From Verrucomicrobiota bacterium (GTDB taxonomy: Bacteria; Verrucomicrobiota; Verrucomicrobiia; Opitutales; Opitutaceae), in contig JAEWKR010000119.1 in assembly GCA_023457715.1 (NCBI GenBank), forward strand, positions 29,531-93,530: a DNA stretch of 64,000 nucleotides. The letters run 5' to 3'. Shown here piece after piece: positions 39,806-49,345 of this stretch. Below the pieces are notes generated by a model. The model did not search any database. It was given only the letters and a program-made list of their open reading frames with translations, and was not told the DNA's origin. How positions within the stretch are numbered: the stretch's first letter is position 1; every line of letters begins with the position of its first letter. A program made the translations under genes and the position numbers.

Positions 39806-40500
39806 AACAACGCATCCAGCTCCTTCAGCCCCTCGTGCGAACCGATCTCGTAGAAGCGCTGCGTGATTTCATAGCCCGCGAGCTGCTGTTGGGCGACGAG
39901 GGATTTCTGCACCTCCGCCAGGTCGACCACCGCGTCGCGGGGGAAATCCGCGAACGCCGATGCCCGGAACACCCCCAGCCCATAGTCGATGTGGCGCATC
40001 TGCGGCAGCCGGACCTTTTTGTCGTACACCCGGATCGCATTGTCCTCGAACCACACATTGCTGGTGTCGTACCGGTCGTGGTTCGCGTAGACCGTCATCA
40101 AGCCCTGCTTGCCCGACGCAAGAAAGGACCCTCCCACCGCGAGGTAATCGATCGGCAGGTAGCTGTCGCCATAGAGGACGTAAAACGCTTCCCCCAGCCG
40201 GGGCATCGCCTGGATCAGCGCGCCGCCGGTGCCGAGAAGTTTCGGGCCATCGAACACATACTCGATCTTCATGCCCCACGCGGCGCCATCGCCGTAAACG
40301 TCGACGATCTTTTCGCCCAGGTAGCCGACGCAGAGCACCAGATGCTTCAATCCGGCTGCCTTGAGCAGCCGGATCTGGTGGGAAAAGAACGGCTCGCCCG
40401 CGACCTCCACGAGCAGCTTTGGAACTTTTTCGGTGATCGGACGCAGCCGGGTGGCCAGACCACCGGCCAGGATCGCGACGGGAATTTCAGCGGCAGTCAT
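39787..40500 (-). CDS. hddC: Sugar-1-phosphate nucleotidyltransferase (heptose-1-phosphate guanylyltransferase-like)
   Basis: ILAGGLATRLRP...PK, LGTGGAL, YGDSY; adjacent to hddA and gmhA. Confidence 0.8.
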   Translation of the reverse strand: MTAAEIPVAILAGGLATRLRPITEKVPKLLVEVAGEPFFSHQIRLLKAAGLKHLVLCVGYLGEKIVDVYGDGAAWGMKIEYVFDGPKLLGTGGALIQAMPRLGEAFYVLYGDSYLPIDYLAVGGSFLASGKQGLMTVYANHDRYDTSNVWFEDNAIRVYDKKVRLPQMRHIDYGLGVFRASAFADFPRDAVVDLAEVQKSLVAQQQLAGYEITQRFYEIGSHEGLKELDALLKGVRE

Positions 40501-40534
40501 CGGAGAACGCGCGCGCGGCGAAACGATCCTGGGA

Positions 40535-41518
40535 TCAGTTCTGGGCGACCACTTTGGTGCCCTCGAAGTCGAAGCGAAAGCGAACCTCCTGCAGCCCTTT
40601 TTGGCGCATGGCGTGACGAAGCTTCTGCTTGTCGCTGGCGTAGAACATCAGGAAACCGCCGCCCCCGGCGCCGATGAGTTTTCCTCCGAGGGCCCCGTTG
40701 GCCATGGCGTAGTCGTACCAGTCGTTGATGTGGGCGTTGCTCATCCCGGAGCTGCGGGCCTTCTTGCGCTGCCAATGCACGTCCATCAGCCGGGCGAACT
40801 CGTCGAGATTGCCCCCTTCCAGCGCCGCCAGCGACTGGTGACCGAGATCCTTGGTGAAATGCAGGTTGTCCAGCATCGCCGCGTCGTTCTTCTTCGAGCG
40901 CTCGTTCTGATCCTTCAGGATGGCCGAGGCGCTGCGGGAATAGCCGGTGAAGAACAGGAGCAGGTTGTCCTCGAGATTGAACAGCGTCTCCTCCGAGATG
41001 TTGCAGGGGCGGTACTCCACGCGGCCATCCCGGTGGAACGTGAACGCGGTGATGCCGCCGATGGCTGCAATGTACTGATCCTGTTTCCCAATCGGCTCGC
41101 CGAGCTTGTTCAGTTCGATGTCGCACGCCTGCTCGGCCAGCTCCGCCGGGGAAACCAGGTTCTTCTTGTAGGTGTGGAGCGCCTTCAGCAGCGCGGTGGT
41201 GAAGCTGCCGCTCGAGCCGAGGCCCGTTCCGCCGGGGATGTCGGCCATCGAGGTCAGTTCAATATGTGGCGCCGTCACGCCGACCAGCTTCAGCGCCTCC
41301 CGCACAATCGGATGTTCGATGGCGTCCACCGAGGTCACGCGCTCGAGCTTGGAGTACTTCACGATGATCTCCTGCTGGAACGTGTGGTGCTTCGTGATGT
41401 AGACGTACTTGTCGATCGCCGCCGCCACCAGGAAGCCTCCGTATTCCTGGTAGTAGGACGGCAGATCCGTGCCGCCGCCGCCAAGCGAAACCCGAAGAGG
41501 AGAACGAGTGATGATCAT
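40535..41518 (-). CDS. hddA: D-glycero-alpha-D-manno-heptose-7-phosphate kinase (GHMP family)
   Basis: PLRVSLGGGGTD, PGGTGLGSSG, GKQDQY, GGKLIGAGGGG. Confidence 0.88.
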   Translation of the reverse strand: MIITRSPLRVSLGGGGTDLPSYYQEYGGFLVAAAIDKYVYITKHHTFQQEIIVKYSKLERVTSVDAIEHPIVREALKLVGVTAPHIELTSMADIPGGTGLGSSGSFTTALLKALHTYKKNLVSPAELAEQACDIELNKLGEPIGKQDQYIAAIGGITAFTFHRDGRVEYRPCNISEETLFNLEDNLLLFFTGYSRSASAILKDQNERSKKNDAAMLDNLHFTKDLGHQSLAALEGGNLDEFARLMDVHWQRKKARSSGMSNAHINDWYDYAMANGALGGKLIGAGGGGFLMFYASDKQKLRHAMRQKGLQEVRFRFDFEGTKVVAQN

Positions 41519-41520
41519 CG

Positions 41521-41554
41521 GAAAGGGAAAAGGGAAAGTGAGAGTGAAAGTGGG
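41521..41554. repeat. Hexamer-repeat arm downstream of the four-helix-bundle gene
   Basis: gaaagggaaaagggaaagtgagagtgaaagtggg; near reverse complement of 42008-42034. Confidence 0.88.
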
Positions 41555-41568
41555 AAAAGAGGCGAGGA

Positions 41569-41928
41569 CTACCGCTTTTCGCGCAGGGTCCGGATCGAAC
41601 GACTCAGGATACCGATGATCTCTCCGAGCAAAGCGGTGCGCCGCGCGACGACCTCTGCCGGCAGCCAGTGCCCGAGCCTTTCCACTCGGCCTGCGGTCTC
41701 TTGCGCGGACCCGCGCGCAATGGCGAGAAAATGAGCGTAGTCTCGGGGCGACCCGCGACCAAAGCCTTCTTCGATATTCGCGGCAATGGAGTCCACCGCG
41801 GCCAAGTGCTGACCGACCAACCGCCAGAGCCGCGGTTCCGACCGCAGCGCGGTGACGTCCGCAACGGTCAGATCGAACAGCTCGCGAGCCTTTTGATAGG
41901 CTCCGAAACTATGCAGCTTTGCGTTCAT
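41569..41928 (-). CDS. Four helix bundle protein (TIGR02436 / 23S-rRNA-IVP-like, Avd-like fold)
   Basis: AYQKA...Q...A.DSIAANIEEGFGRGS..DYAHFLAIARGSAQET signature; 119 aa from ATG 41928. Confidence 0.92.
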   Translation of the reverse strand: MNAKLHSFGAYQKARELFDLTVADVTALRSEPRLWRLVGQHLAAVDSIAANIEEGFGRGSPRDYAHFLAIARGSAQETAGRVERLGHWLPAEVVARRTALLGEIIGILSRSIRTLREKR

Positions 41929-42007
41929 ATTCCGGCAATGTGGGCGGGGAAGGAGGCCCTGCAAGAATATACGTAAGCTAATAAAGAGCACCTTGTGTGC
42001 ACAGGCT

Positions 42008-42034
42008 CACTTTCACCCTCACTTTCCCTTTCCC
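42008..42034. repeat. Hexamer-repeat arm upstream of the four-helix-bundle gene
   Basis: cactttcaccctcactttccctttccc. Confidence 0.88.
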
Positions 42035-42035
42035 A

Positions 42036-43067
42036 TCACCCCGCATCCGACACCGGATACCCGCTGTGCCGGTAGATCTTTTCCACGATCTCGAGCGTGC
42101 GGATGCCTTCCGTCAGGCCCGGACTGGGGTCGCGGCGCTGACGGACATCGGCAATGAACTCCTTGAGTTCGAGCGCCCACGACTCATCGCCCCGCGGATA
42201 TTCGTAGATGGTGGTTTCCGGCGGGCCCATCTGCGGAAGCATCCGGTAATACGCCAGGCGCTCGATGCCGTAACTGCCGCCGAGGCCGTCGATCGCCAGT
42301 TTCGCCTCCCGTCCGTAGATTTCGCAGGAGAACAGGTTCTTCCACTCGGTGCAGCTCGCGTGCAGCCAGGCGGTCTGGCCGCCCGCGGTGCGCAGCGAAA
42401 GAAACGCATTGTCGTCCACCGGCATGTCCCAGAAGAGCGTCGAGGCGTGGCCCTCGACGACGTTGAAGTCACCGAGAAACCAGCTCGCGAGGTCGATCAG
42501 GTGCACCCCTTGGTCGATCAGTTCGCCGCCGCCGGACTGCACCGGATCCGCCCGCCATTCGCGGTCGTAACCCTTGCGGCCGCCGTGTCCGTAACGCGCC
42601 CGCAGGAACATCAACGGGCCCAGCGCGCCCTGGTCAATCAGCTCCCGGGCCTTCTGCAGCGCCGGGTGGTAGCGGTGGTTGTAGCCGATGCGCACCCTCG
42701 CACCCGTGCGCGCGGCGGCTTCCTGGATGGTGCGCAGCTGGCCCGCGTTCAGCGCGCCGGGCTTCTCGACCAAGACGTGTTTCCCGGCGTGCACGGCCGC
42801 GAGCGTGATCGGGGCAAGTGAGCCATTCAGCGTGGCCACGACCACCGCGTCGACCTGCGGGTCCTTCACGACCGCGCGGAAATCGGTGGCCGCGCCGCAG
42901 CCGCGCGCCAGCTGCGCACTGTCGGCCGCCCGGATCGCATCGAGATCGCACGCGAAGCGGACGCTCGCGTTGGGGAGGGTCGACAGGGCCGTGATGCGTT
43001 TCCGTCCGATCAAACCGCAGCCGATGACGGCAAACCGGAGCGGCGGTTCGGTGGGGATATGAGTCAT
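42036..43067 (-). CDS. Gfo/Idh/MocA family oxidoreductase
   Basis: VIGCGLIG, GKHVLVEKP, GYNHRYHP, GGGELIDQGVHLID. Confidence 0.92.
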   Translation of the reverse strand: MTHIPTEPPLRFAVIGCGLIGRKRITALSTLPNASVRFACDLDAIRAADSAQLARGCGAATDFRAVVKDPQVDAVVVATLNGSLAPITLAAVHAGKHVLVEKPGALNAGQLRTIQEAAARTGARVRIGYNHRYHPALQKARELIDQGALGPLMFLRARYGHGGRKGYDREWRADPVQSGGGELIDQGVHLIDLASWFLGDFNVVEGHASTLFWDMPVDDNAFLSLRTAGGQTAWLHASCTEWKNLFSCEIYGREAKLAIDGLGGSYGIERLAYYRMLPQMGPPETTIYEYPRGDESWALELKEFIADVRQRRDPSPGLTEGIRTLEIVEKIYRHSGYPVSDAG

Positions 43068-43194
43068 GCTGGGGAGTCCGACGGAAGCGCACCGCATGGA
43101 CCGGCGGGTGGCAAGGCTTTGCCGGCATCCTTCGCCATATCGTTCGGACCTGATTCGGATTGCTTCACCCGTCCGAAGGCCGTTTCCAGTCCCC

Positions 43195-43596
43195 ATGTCG
43201 ACCGAGTCCACGCCCGCCGCCCAGCGCACGTCCCGGCGCCTGCTTCGGTTCCTCGTGGTCGGTGGCACGGCCTACGGGGTGCAGTGGCTGGCCATGGGCG
43301 CCTTTCTCCGCTGGTGGCCGGAGAACGTTGCGTTCCTCCTGGCCTACGTCTGCTCGGTCACGACGCACTATCTGCTGAACCGCTTCTGGGCTCTGCCCAG
43401 CACGCGTCGTGACACCTGGCGCCAGTGGCTGGAATACCTCGGCGCGTTCGTCGTCAGCCTCACCATCAATTTCCTGATGTACCGGCTTTGCCGCGACGTC
43501 TTCGGGCTGGGCGAGCTTTGGTCCACGGCCGTCGCGGTTCCGCCTTCGACCGTGGTCGTGTTCCTGCTGCTGAACTACCGCGTCTTCCGCCGCTAA
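43195..43596 (+). CDS. gtrA: GtrA-family protein (putative polyprenol-P-sugar flippase)
   Basis: LRFLVVGG, 4 TM helices, YLLNRFW, FLLLNYRVF. Confidence 0.82.
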   Translation: MSTESTPAAQRTSRRLLRFLVVGGTAYGVQWLAMGAFLRWWPENVAFLLAYVCSVTTHYLLNRFWALPSTRRDTWRQWLEYLGAFVVSLTINFLMYRLCRDVFGLGELWSTAVAVPPSTVVVFLLLNYRVFRR

Positions 43597-43604
43597 CCTG
43601 CGGG

Positions 43605-44432
43605 CTATTCCCAACGTTTTCCCCGCTCTTCCGGCACGATCCGCCGCAGCGTGTAGATGTCCGTTGCCGCCAGTTCGCCCGAGCGGGAGCCGAGGGTCGG
43701 CCATGGATCCCAGGGAGCGCTGAGCAAGCGTCCGCTGATGCCATCGCTGGCGGCGGAAAGGAGCCATTCCACGAGCCCGAGCGCTTTGTCGAGCGAGGCG
43801 CCTCCGGTCGCGAGCTGCTTCTGCGCGGCGGCATACTCCGCCTCACCGACGATCGCCGGCCCGAGGGCGAGGACTTCATCGGTCAGGCGCGTGTTGATCG
43901 CGCCCGGGGCGATCGCGTTGATGTCGTACGCCCGGCTGCGCTCCTCCTCGGCGATCGTCTCCACCAGCCGGACCACTCCGGTCTTCGCCACGCCATAGGC
44001 CGAAAAATTCGTCCGGGGCTTGGTGGCACCGCCGCCGGAGAAGCACACCACCTTGGCGCGCCTCCCCGCGCGCGCGAGCAACGGATCGAACGCGCGGATT
44101 GCGTAATACGTGCCGTCGAGATTGGCGCGGACCGTCTCCGACCAGCGCACCGGATGGGCGGTCACCGCCCGGCCGACCTCGCCCTGGATTCCGGCGCACG
44201 TCACGAGGGCATCCGCTCCGCCCCAGGTCTCGCCGACCGCCCGCGCCGCGGCCTCGACGGCCGGCCAGTCTGCCACATCGCAGCGCGAGGCCTGAAACCT
44301 GCCGCCCGCCCGCCCGAGCAGTCCGGCCTGATCGGAACGCGCCAGGCCCCAGACCTCGTGCCCCCGCGCGAGCAGCCGTTCGGCGAGAGCGCGGCCGATG
44401 CCGGTGCTGGAGCCGGTGAGGACGATCTTCAT
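43605..44432 (-). CDS. SDR family oxidoreductase
   Basis: TGSSTGIG, SGGGA, YGVAK, NAIAPG. Confidence 0.9.
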   Translation of the reverse strand: MKIVLTGSSTGIGRALAERLLARGHEVWGLARSDQAGLLGRAGGRFQASRCDVADWPAVEAAARAVGETWGGADALVTCAGIQGEVGRAVTAHPVRWSETVRANLDGTYYAIRAFDPLLARAGRRAKVVCFSGGGATKPRTNFSAYGVAKTGVVRLVETIAEEERSRAYDINAIAPGAINTRLTDEVLALGPAIVGEAEYAAAQKQLATGGASLDKALGLVEWLLSAASDGISGRLLSAPWDPWPTLGSRSGELAATDIYTLRRIVPEERGKRWE

Positions 44433-44435
44433 GGC

Positions 44436-45422
44436 TCAGCGGCGGGCCTCGTACACCCAGCGATTGGCTTCGAGCCAGCGCAGTGTGCGCACGATGCCCT
44501 GCTCGATCGTCAGCTTCGGGCGCCAGCCCGTGGCCTGAATCTTCTTCGTATCCAGAAAAATGAACGGATTGTCCCCGATCCAGCCGCGGTCGCCGCCCGT
44601 GTACTCGAGGCGCGGCGTGAGTCCGAGCGCCCCGCAGATGAAGCGAATGCTGTCGTTGACCTGCACAAATTCAGGCGTGCCGAGGTTGTAGACCTCGGTG
44701 TGGTGCTTGGCTTCCCGCGCCGTGTGCCGGCGGGTCACGTGCAGGATGGCCTCCACGCAGTCCTGCACGTAGAGGTAGCTCTTCCGTTGCTGCCCGTCGC
44801 CCAGTACCCGCAAGTGGTCCGGATGATCGATGAGCTGGCGATAGAAGTCGAACACGTGGCCGTGGGTGTAGCGTTCGCCCAGGATCGACACGAATCGGAA
44901 GAGATAGGCCTCGTCGATCTGCCCGCCCTCGGCGTAGGCCGCGATCATGCCTTCGCCGGCGCTTTTCGACGCGCCATAGAGCGACGTCTGGATGGGAAAC
45001 CGGTCGTCTTCGGGCGTGGGGCGCTCCGGCGTCACCAGGGCTTCGCCGTACACCGAACCCGTCGAGGAGAACCCGATGCGCTTCACGCCGTTGGCGCGCA
45101 TCGCCTCGAGGACGTTGAACGTCGCGATCGTGTTTTGCTGGAGGTCCTTTTCGGGATGCTGCCAGCCGTCCTTGATGTCGGCATTCGCCGCGAGATGGAA
45201 GACGAAGTCCACGCCCTTCATCGCGCCCTTGAGCGCCGGCAGGTCCAGGTTGTCGCCGTGGACGAGGCGGAAATTGGGATGCTTCTCCGCGGCCTCCAGG
45301 AAGCGGCGCTGCCCGGTGGAAAGGTTGTCCCAGCCGGTGACCTTCACGCCGTCGGCCAGCAGGCGGTCGACGAGATTGGAACCGATGAAACCGGCCGCGC
45401 CGGTGACGAAGACATGGTGCAT
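44436..45422 (-). CDS. NAD-dependent epimerase/dehydratase (UDP-glucose 4-epimerase-like)
   Basis: TGAAGFIGS, FHLAAN, SSTGSVYG, YGASK, GDGQQRKSYLYV. Confidence 0.9.
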   Translation of the reverse strand: MHHVFVTGAAGFIGSNLVDRLLADGVKVTGWDNLSTGQRRFLEAAEKHPNFRLVHGDNLDLPALKGAMKGVDFVFHLAANADIKDGWQHPEKDLQQNTIATFNVLEAMRANGVKRIGFSSTGSVYGEALVTPERPTPEDDRFPIQTSLYGASKSAGEGMIAAYAEGGQIDEAYLFRFVSILGERYTHGHVFDFYRQLIDHPDHLRVLGDGQQRKSYLYVQDCVEAILHVTRRHTAREAKHHTEVYNLGTPEFVQVNDSIRFICGALGLTPRLEYTGGDRGWIGDNPFIFLDTKKIQATGWRPKLTIEQGIVRTLRWLEANRWVYEARR

Positions 45423-45521
45423 AAAAACGATCGAGATGACGCGTTCGCCCTCCGGCCGCAATCGTGTTCCGATCAACCGCGCGGCGGGTGCGATGACCCG
45501 GGGCCGCGTCGACCCGCTGGC

Positions 45522-46472
45522 TCAGCGCTCAAAGCCTTCGCTGCGATCCACGATGTACTTGGGCCGGGAACGCACCTCCTCGTAGATGCGCCCGATGTAT
45601 TCGCCGAGGATCCCCACGCTGATGAGCTGGATCCCGCCCATGAAGAGAATCAGGATCACGATGGTCGGATTGCCGGAGGCGAACGGGAACCAGCCGAAGA
45701 TCTTCGCCATCGCGTAGAGCAGGGCGCCGATGAACGAGCCTCCGGCGAGCACGAATCCGAACAGCGTGCTGAGGGTCAGGGCGTAGGTGGAGAAGCAGAA
45801 GATGCCGTTGAACCCGATCCGCAGCGAGCCGAGGAAGCGGTTGTAGTTGGTTTCTCCCGCATACCGCGCCGGACGGTCGAACGGGATGATGGCCTGCTTG
45901 AATCCCACCACCGCCACCATGCCGCGAAGGAAACCGTGCGACTCCTTCAGCCGGACCACCTCGGTCACGACCCGTCGGGACATCAGCCGGAAGTCGCCCG
46001 TGTTGGGCGGAATGCGGACATCCGCGATCTTGTTGATGACCTTGTAACCGGTCTTCGCCACCAGCTTCTTGACCCACGGTTCGCCGGTCCGCTGCCGCCG
46101 CTGGGGCAAGACCACGTCGTACCCCTCGCGCCACTTGTCCACCATGTCGCGCAATAACTCGGGCGGGTCCTGCAGGTCGACGTCCATGACGACCACCGCC
46201 TCGCCGGAGGAATACTGCAGCCCCGCCAGCGTGGCCATGGGCTGGCCGAAGCGCCGCGAGAATTTCAGTAGCTTGATCCGGGCGTCGTGTGCGCGGTGCT
46301 CCAGAATGACCTCCTCGGTCCGGTCGGGTGAGGGGTCCAGGGAGAAGATGATCTCGTAGTCCTCGGTGACCGTCGAGAGGATGGGGCGGATCCGCCTCAG
46401 GAACTCGGGAATGTTCTTCTCCTCTTTGTAGACGGGGACGACGATGCTCAGCAGCATGGAGGTCAGGTCCAT
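45522..46472 (-). CDS. GT2 bactoprenol glycosyltransferase (GtrB/YkoT-like) with two C-terminal TMs
   Basis: FSRRFG, MDVDLQDPP, TGDFRLMSR, GILGEYIGRIYEEV.SRP.Y. Confidence 0.9.
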   Translation of the reverse strand: MDLTSMLLSIVVPVYKEEKNIPEFLRRIRPILSTVTEDYEIIFSLDPSPDRTEEVILEHRAHDARIKLLKFSRRFGQPMATLAGLQYSSGEAVVVMDVDLQDPPELLRDMVDKWREGYDVVLPQRRQRTGEPWVKKLVAKTGYKVINKIADVRIPPNTGDFRLMSRRVVTEVVRLKESHGFLRGMVAVVGFKQAIIPFDRPARYAGETNYNRFLGSLRIGFNGIFCFSTYALTLSTLFGFVLAGGSFIGALLYAMAKIFGWFPFASGNPTIVILILFMGGIQLISVGILGEYIGRIYEEVRSRPKYIVDRSEGFER

Positions 46473-46513
46473 AGCAAATCCGGCCAACGAATCAGCATTA
46501 AAGTGACCCTGGA

Positions 46514-49345
46514 TCAGCGGCGGATCCCCACCGCATGCAGCCGGGCGGTGATCACCCCCTGGGTGCGCATCCGGCGCGCCTGCATCTCGATCGCGGCGGA
46601 ATCGTCATGTCGTTCGCCGTGGAAACGGAGTCGGATCCGGCGCATCTCGTCGGCGCCCACGCTGTGGATCGCCTGCGAGGTCTTCTGTTCGGAGTGGACC
46701 CGAAACGCCCCGAGAAAGTACGGCAGTCGCACCATGCGGCAGCCGGCCTGCTGGAACCGGGCGAGCAGGTCCCAGTCGAGGGCGAACTGGAAGGTCGGAT
46801 CGATGCCGCCGACGAGGTCCCAGCTGCGTTTCCGCCAGAAGAGCGTCTCCTGCGGCACATAGTCGACCCACTCCAGGGCATGCGGGTCGTGGGGCGGAAG
46901 GATCCAGCGGCCCACCTCGCGATCCTGTTCGTCGATGACGATGCGATGGCCGTAGACGACGTCGACCTCGGGGTGCGTCGCGAAATACCGGGCGACCGTG
47001 GCGAGCGCACCCGGCGCCAGCAGGTCGTCGGAATTCAACCAACCCATGAGGTCCGTGGGTGCCAGTTCGTCCTTCAGGCGGTCGAAGCCGCGCCGGATCG
47101 CGTCCGCCTGCCCCTGGTCGGGCTCGGAGGCCCAGGCGGCGAGCTGCGCGGCATGGCGCGCAATGATGCCCGGGCTGCCGTCCCGGGAGCCGCCGTCCTG
47201 CACCACGTACTTAAGGCGCGGATACCGCTGGTCCAGCACGCTGCGCAGGGTGCGTTCGATGAACGCCTCCTGGCCATAGCTGGGGGTCACCACGCCGATG
47301 AAGGGGGCGTCCGCCGGCACTTTGGCGGCGGCTTCCAGCCGGGCATCCCAGCGAAGGGCGCGCGGCGGATGCTGCCGCAGCACGCCCAGCTGCATCCAGT
47401 GACCCTCGATCCAGGTCTGGCGCAACCACGCCGCGAGCGGCCGCTGGATCCGGGCTCGCGCGAAGCCGGTCGCAGCCCGCCCCATCTTGGCCAGCGCGGA
47501 CCCCACCCCGGTCGACTCCGCCAGCAGTTGCTGGATGACCGCCTGGCGTTCCTGGCAGGCGCGGTTCAAGTCCTGGATGACGGCCTCCTTTTCGGCGAGG
47601 AGGCGGCCATAATGCTTGGCCTGCTCCAGGTCGTGCAGCCCCGCCTGCCGGTTGCTCGCCACCGCCTTGAGCTCGTCAAGTTCGCGGCCGCGCAGATGGA
47701 GCAGCGCCTCCAGGTTGCGGATGTGGGTGGCCTGGCCGGCCAGGGTGGTGGCGGCGTGCGCCTGGTCGGGAGGCAGCTGCTTCACCGCGTTTTCGAGCAG
47801 CGCCTGGTCGGCGCGGACGGTCACGATCTCGGTCCGCAGCGCAGTGATCTCGCGGTCCAGGGTCTCGATCAAAGCCAGTCGTTCGTCGCAGGCCGTCTTG
47901 AGCGCCTGGATCTCGTCCTGCTTGGCATTGATCTCCGCCTCCTTCTCGCGCACCGCCGCGTCCTGGACCTGCAGGGTGGCGGCGTTGTCCTGCAACGCGG
48001 CCTCCTTGCGATCGATCTCCGCCTCTTTCGCGCGGATCTCGGCTTCCTTCCGGTCGATCTCGGTTTCCTTCTCGAGAATGGCGGCGTCCTTTTCGCGATC
48101 CAGTTCGGTCAGCTCCTCCAGCTTCTGCTGCCGCGCCAGATGGTCCGCGCGCATGGTGCGGTAGGTCGTGGCCGCCTTGTCCATCATGACCAGCGTGGGG
48201 GCGGGGAGATGTTGCACCGCGGTGATCCGTTCCGTGGCGCGTCCGGCGAGCGTCCGGTCCACCGCCTGCAACACGTCGTCGAGCGTGATCTCCTTCAGGC
48301 ACGGTGCATCCCCGAACGCGCAGTCCCAGCCGCAGCCAAAACAGGGCAGGGGATGCACCACCGCGGTGCTGGCTTCCCCCTCGGGCACAAACCGTGGCCA
48401 GGTGCCGCCGCCAAAGACCGCGACCAGCGGTGTGCCCAGGCTCGCCGCGAGGTGCATCGCCCCCGTGTCGTTGCCGACGAAGAGCGCAGCCCCGGCCACC
48501 AGGCCGGCCAAGCGCGGCAGCATGCCCGTCCCGCCGCACCATACCGCCGCGCCGCCGGCCGCACGGCCGACCTCTTCGAGATAGGGGCGTTCATCCTCGC
48601 TTCCGATCAACAGAACGGGGAGACGGTGCTGCACCTGCAGGTGCCGAATCACCGCGGCGAAGCGATCGGCCGGCCAGGTCTTCAGCCGCACGTGGGCGAA
48701 ACCGGCCGCCGCTACCACCGCATAGTGTCCGGGGTCCAGGCCCAGGGAGACTGCAATCTCCCGGGCGCTCTGCCGGCACGTGTCGGGCAGCATCAGGCGA
48801 TCACCCTGACGCGCGAGCGTCCGTCCGCTGGCCGCTTCCAGGAGGCGGAGGTTCCGCGCGAGTTCGGGCTCCCCCGGGCTGTCCGGGAGGTTCCGCGTGA
48901 ACGGGGCGAGCGCCGCGCGTCCGAGGGTACGTTCGAGTTCCAATCCGAAGAACACATCCGCCGGTCCGTGGCCGATCCGGATCCGCTCGGTCGCGGCGCT
49001 CTTGACGGCGACCCAGCTATCCAACCAGTTGGGACGCCCGGTCGCCGCCACCAGCAGATCGGGTCGCAGGGTCGCCATGACCTCCGCGAGACGGGCCAGT
49101 TCCGTTTCGTGCTGCGCCGGCCCGGTCGTGAATGGATCGAGGGAGGTGGTGAGCCACTCGACGCCGGGCGCGAGGAGCGGCGCGAGGTCTCGATAGGCGC
49201 CGCGGATCAGCACGACCCGGCGGGCTTCCGGCCAGGCGACTCCGAGCGCGCGGAGCGCCGAGGCGAACAGGATGAGGTCTCCCAAGGTGTCGACCTTGGT
49301 GCACAGCACCACGGGTGACGCGGCCGGCGGCACGAGTCCGCTCAT
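46514..49345 (-). CDS. GT9 (heptosyltransferase-like) - coiled coil - GT2 fusion protein
   Basis: DTLGDLI, KTWP, GNDTGAMHLA, CFGC...C (GT9); heptad run EKETEIDRKEAEIRAKEAEIDRKEA; VTPSYGQ, QDGGS, WLNSDD (GT2); ATGA overlap with upstream gene. Confidence 0.88.
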   Translation of the reverse strand: MSGLVPPAASPVVLCTKVDTLGDLILFASALRALGVAWPEARRVVLIRGAYRDLAPLLAPGVEWLTTSLDPFTTGPAQHETELARLAEVMATLRPDLLVAATGRPNWLDSWVAVKSAATERIRIGHGPADVFFGLELERTLGRAALAPFTRNLPDSPGEPELARNLRLLEAASGRTLARQGDRLMLPDTCRQSAREIAVSLGLDPGHYAVVAAAGFAHVRLKTWPADRFAAVIRHLQVQHRLPVLLIGSEDERPYLEEVGRAAGGAAVWCGGTGMLPRLAGLVAGAALFVGNDTGAMHLAASLGTPLVAVFGGGTWPRFVPEGEASTAVVHPLPCFGCGWDCAFGDAPCLKEITLDDVLQAVDRTLAGRATERITAVQHLPAPTLVMMDKAATTYRTMRADHLARQQKLEELTELDREKDAAILEKETEIDRKEAEIRAKEAEIDRKEAALQDNAATLQVQDAAVREKEAEINAKQDEIQALKTACDERLALIETLDREITALRTEIVTVRADQALLENAVKQLPPDQAHAATTLAGQATHIRNLEALLHLRGRELDELKAVASNRQAGLHDLEQAKHYGRLLAEKEAVIQDLNRACQERQAVIQQLLAESTGVGSALAKMGRAATGFARARIQRPLAAWLRQTWIEGHWMQLGVLRQHPPRALRWDARLEAAAKVPADAPFIGVVTPSYGQEAFIERTLRSVLDQRYPRLKYVVQDGGSRDGSPGIIARHAAQLAAWASEPDQGQADAIRRGFDRLKDELAPTDLMGWLNSDDLLAPGALATVARYFATHPEVDVVYGHRIVIDEQDREVGRWILPPHDPHALEWVDYVPQETLFWRKRSWDLVGGIDPTFQFALDWDLLARFQQAGCRMVRLPYFLGAFRVHSEQKTSQAIHSVGADEMRRIRLRFHGERHDDSAAIEMQARRMRTQGVITARLHAVGIRR

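Noticed and set aside
41569..41928. Diversity-generating retroelement (Avd-like gene) or a true 23S rRNA intervening sequence
   Set aside because: No reverse transcriptase, TR/VR pair or rRNA sequence seen in the window; the gene lies between protein-coding genes.
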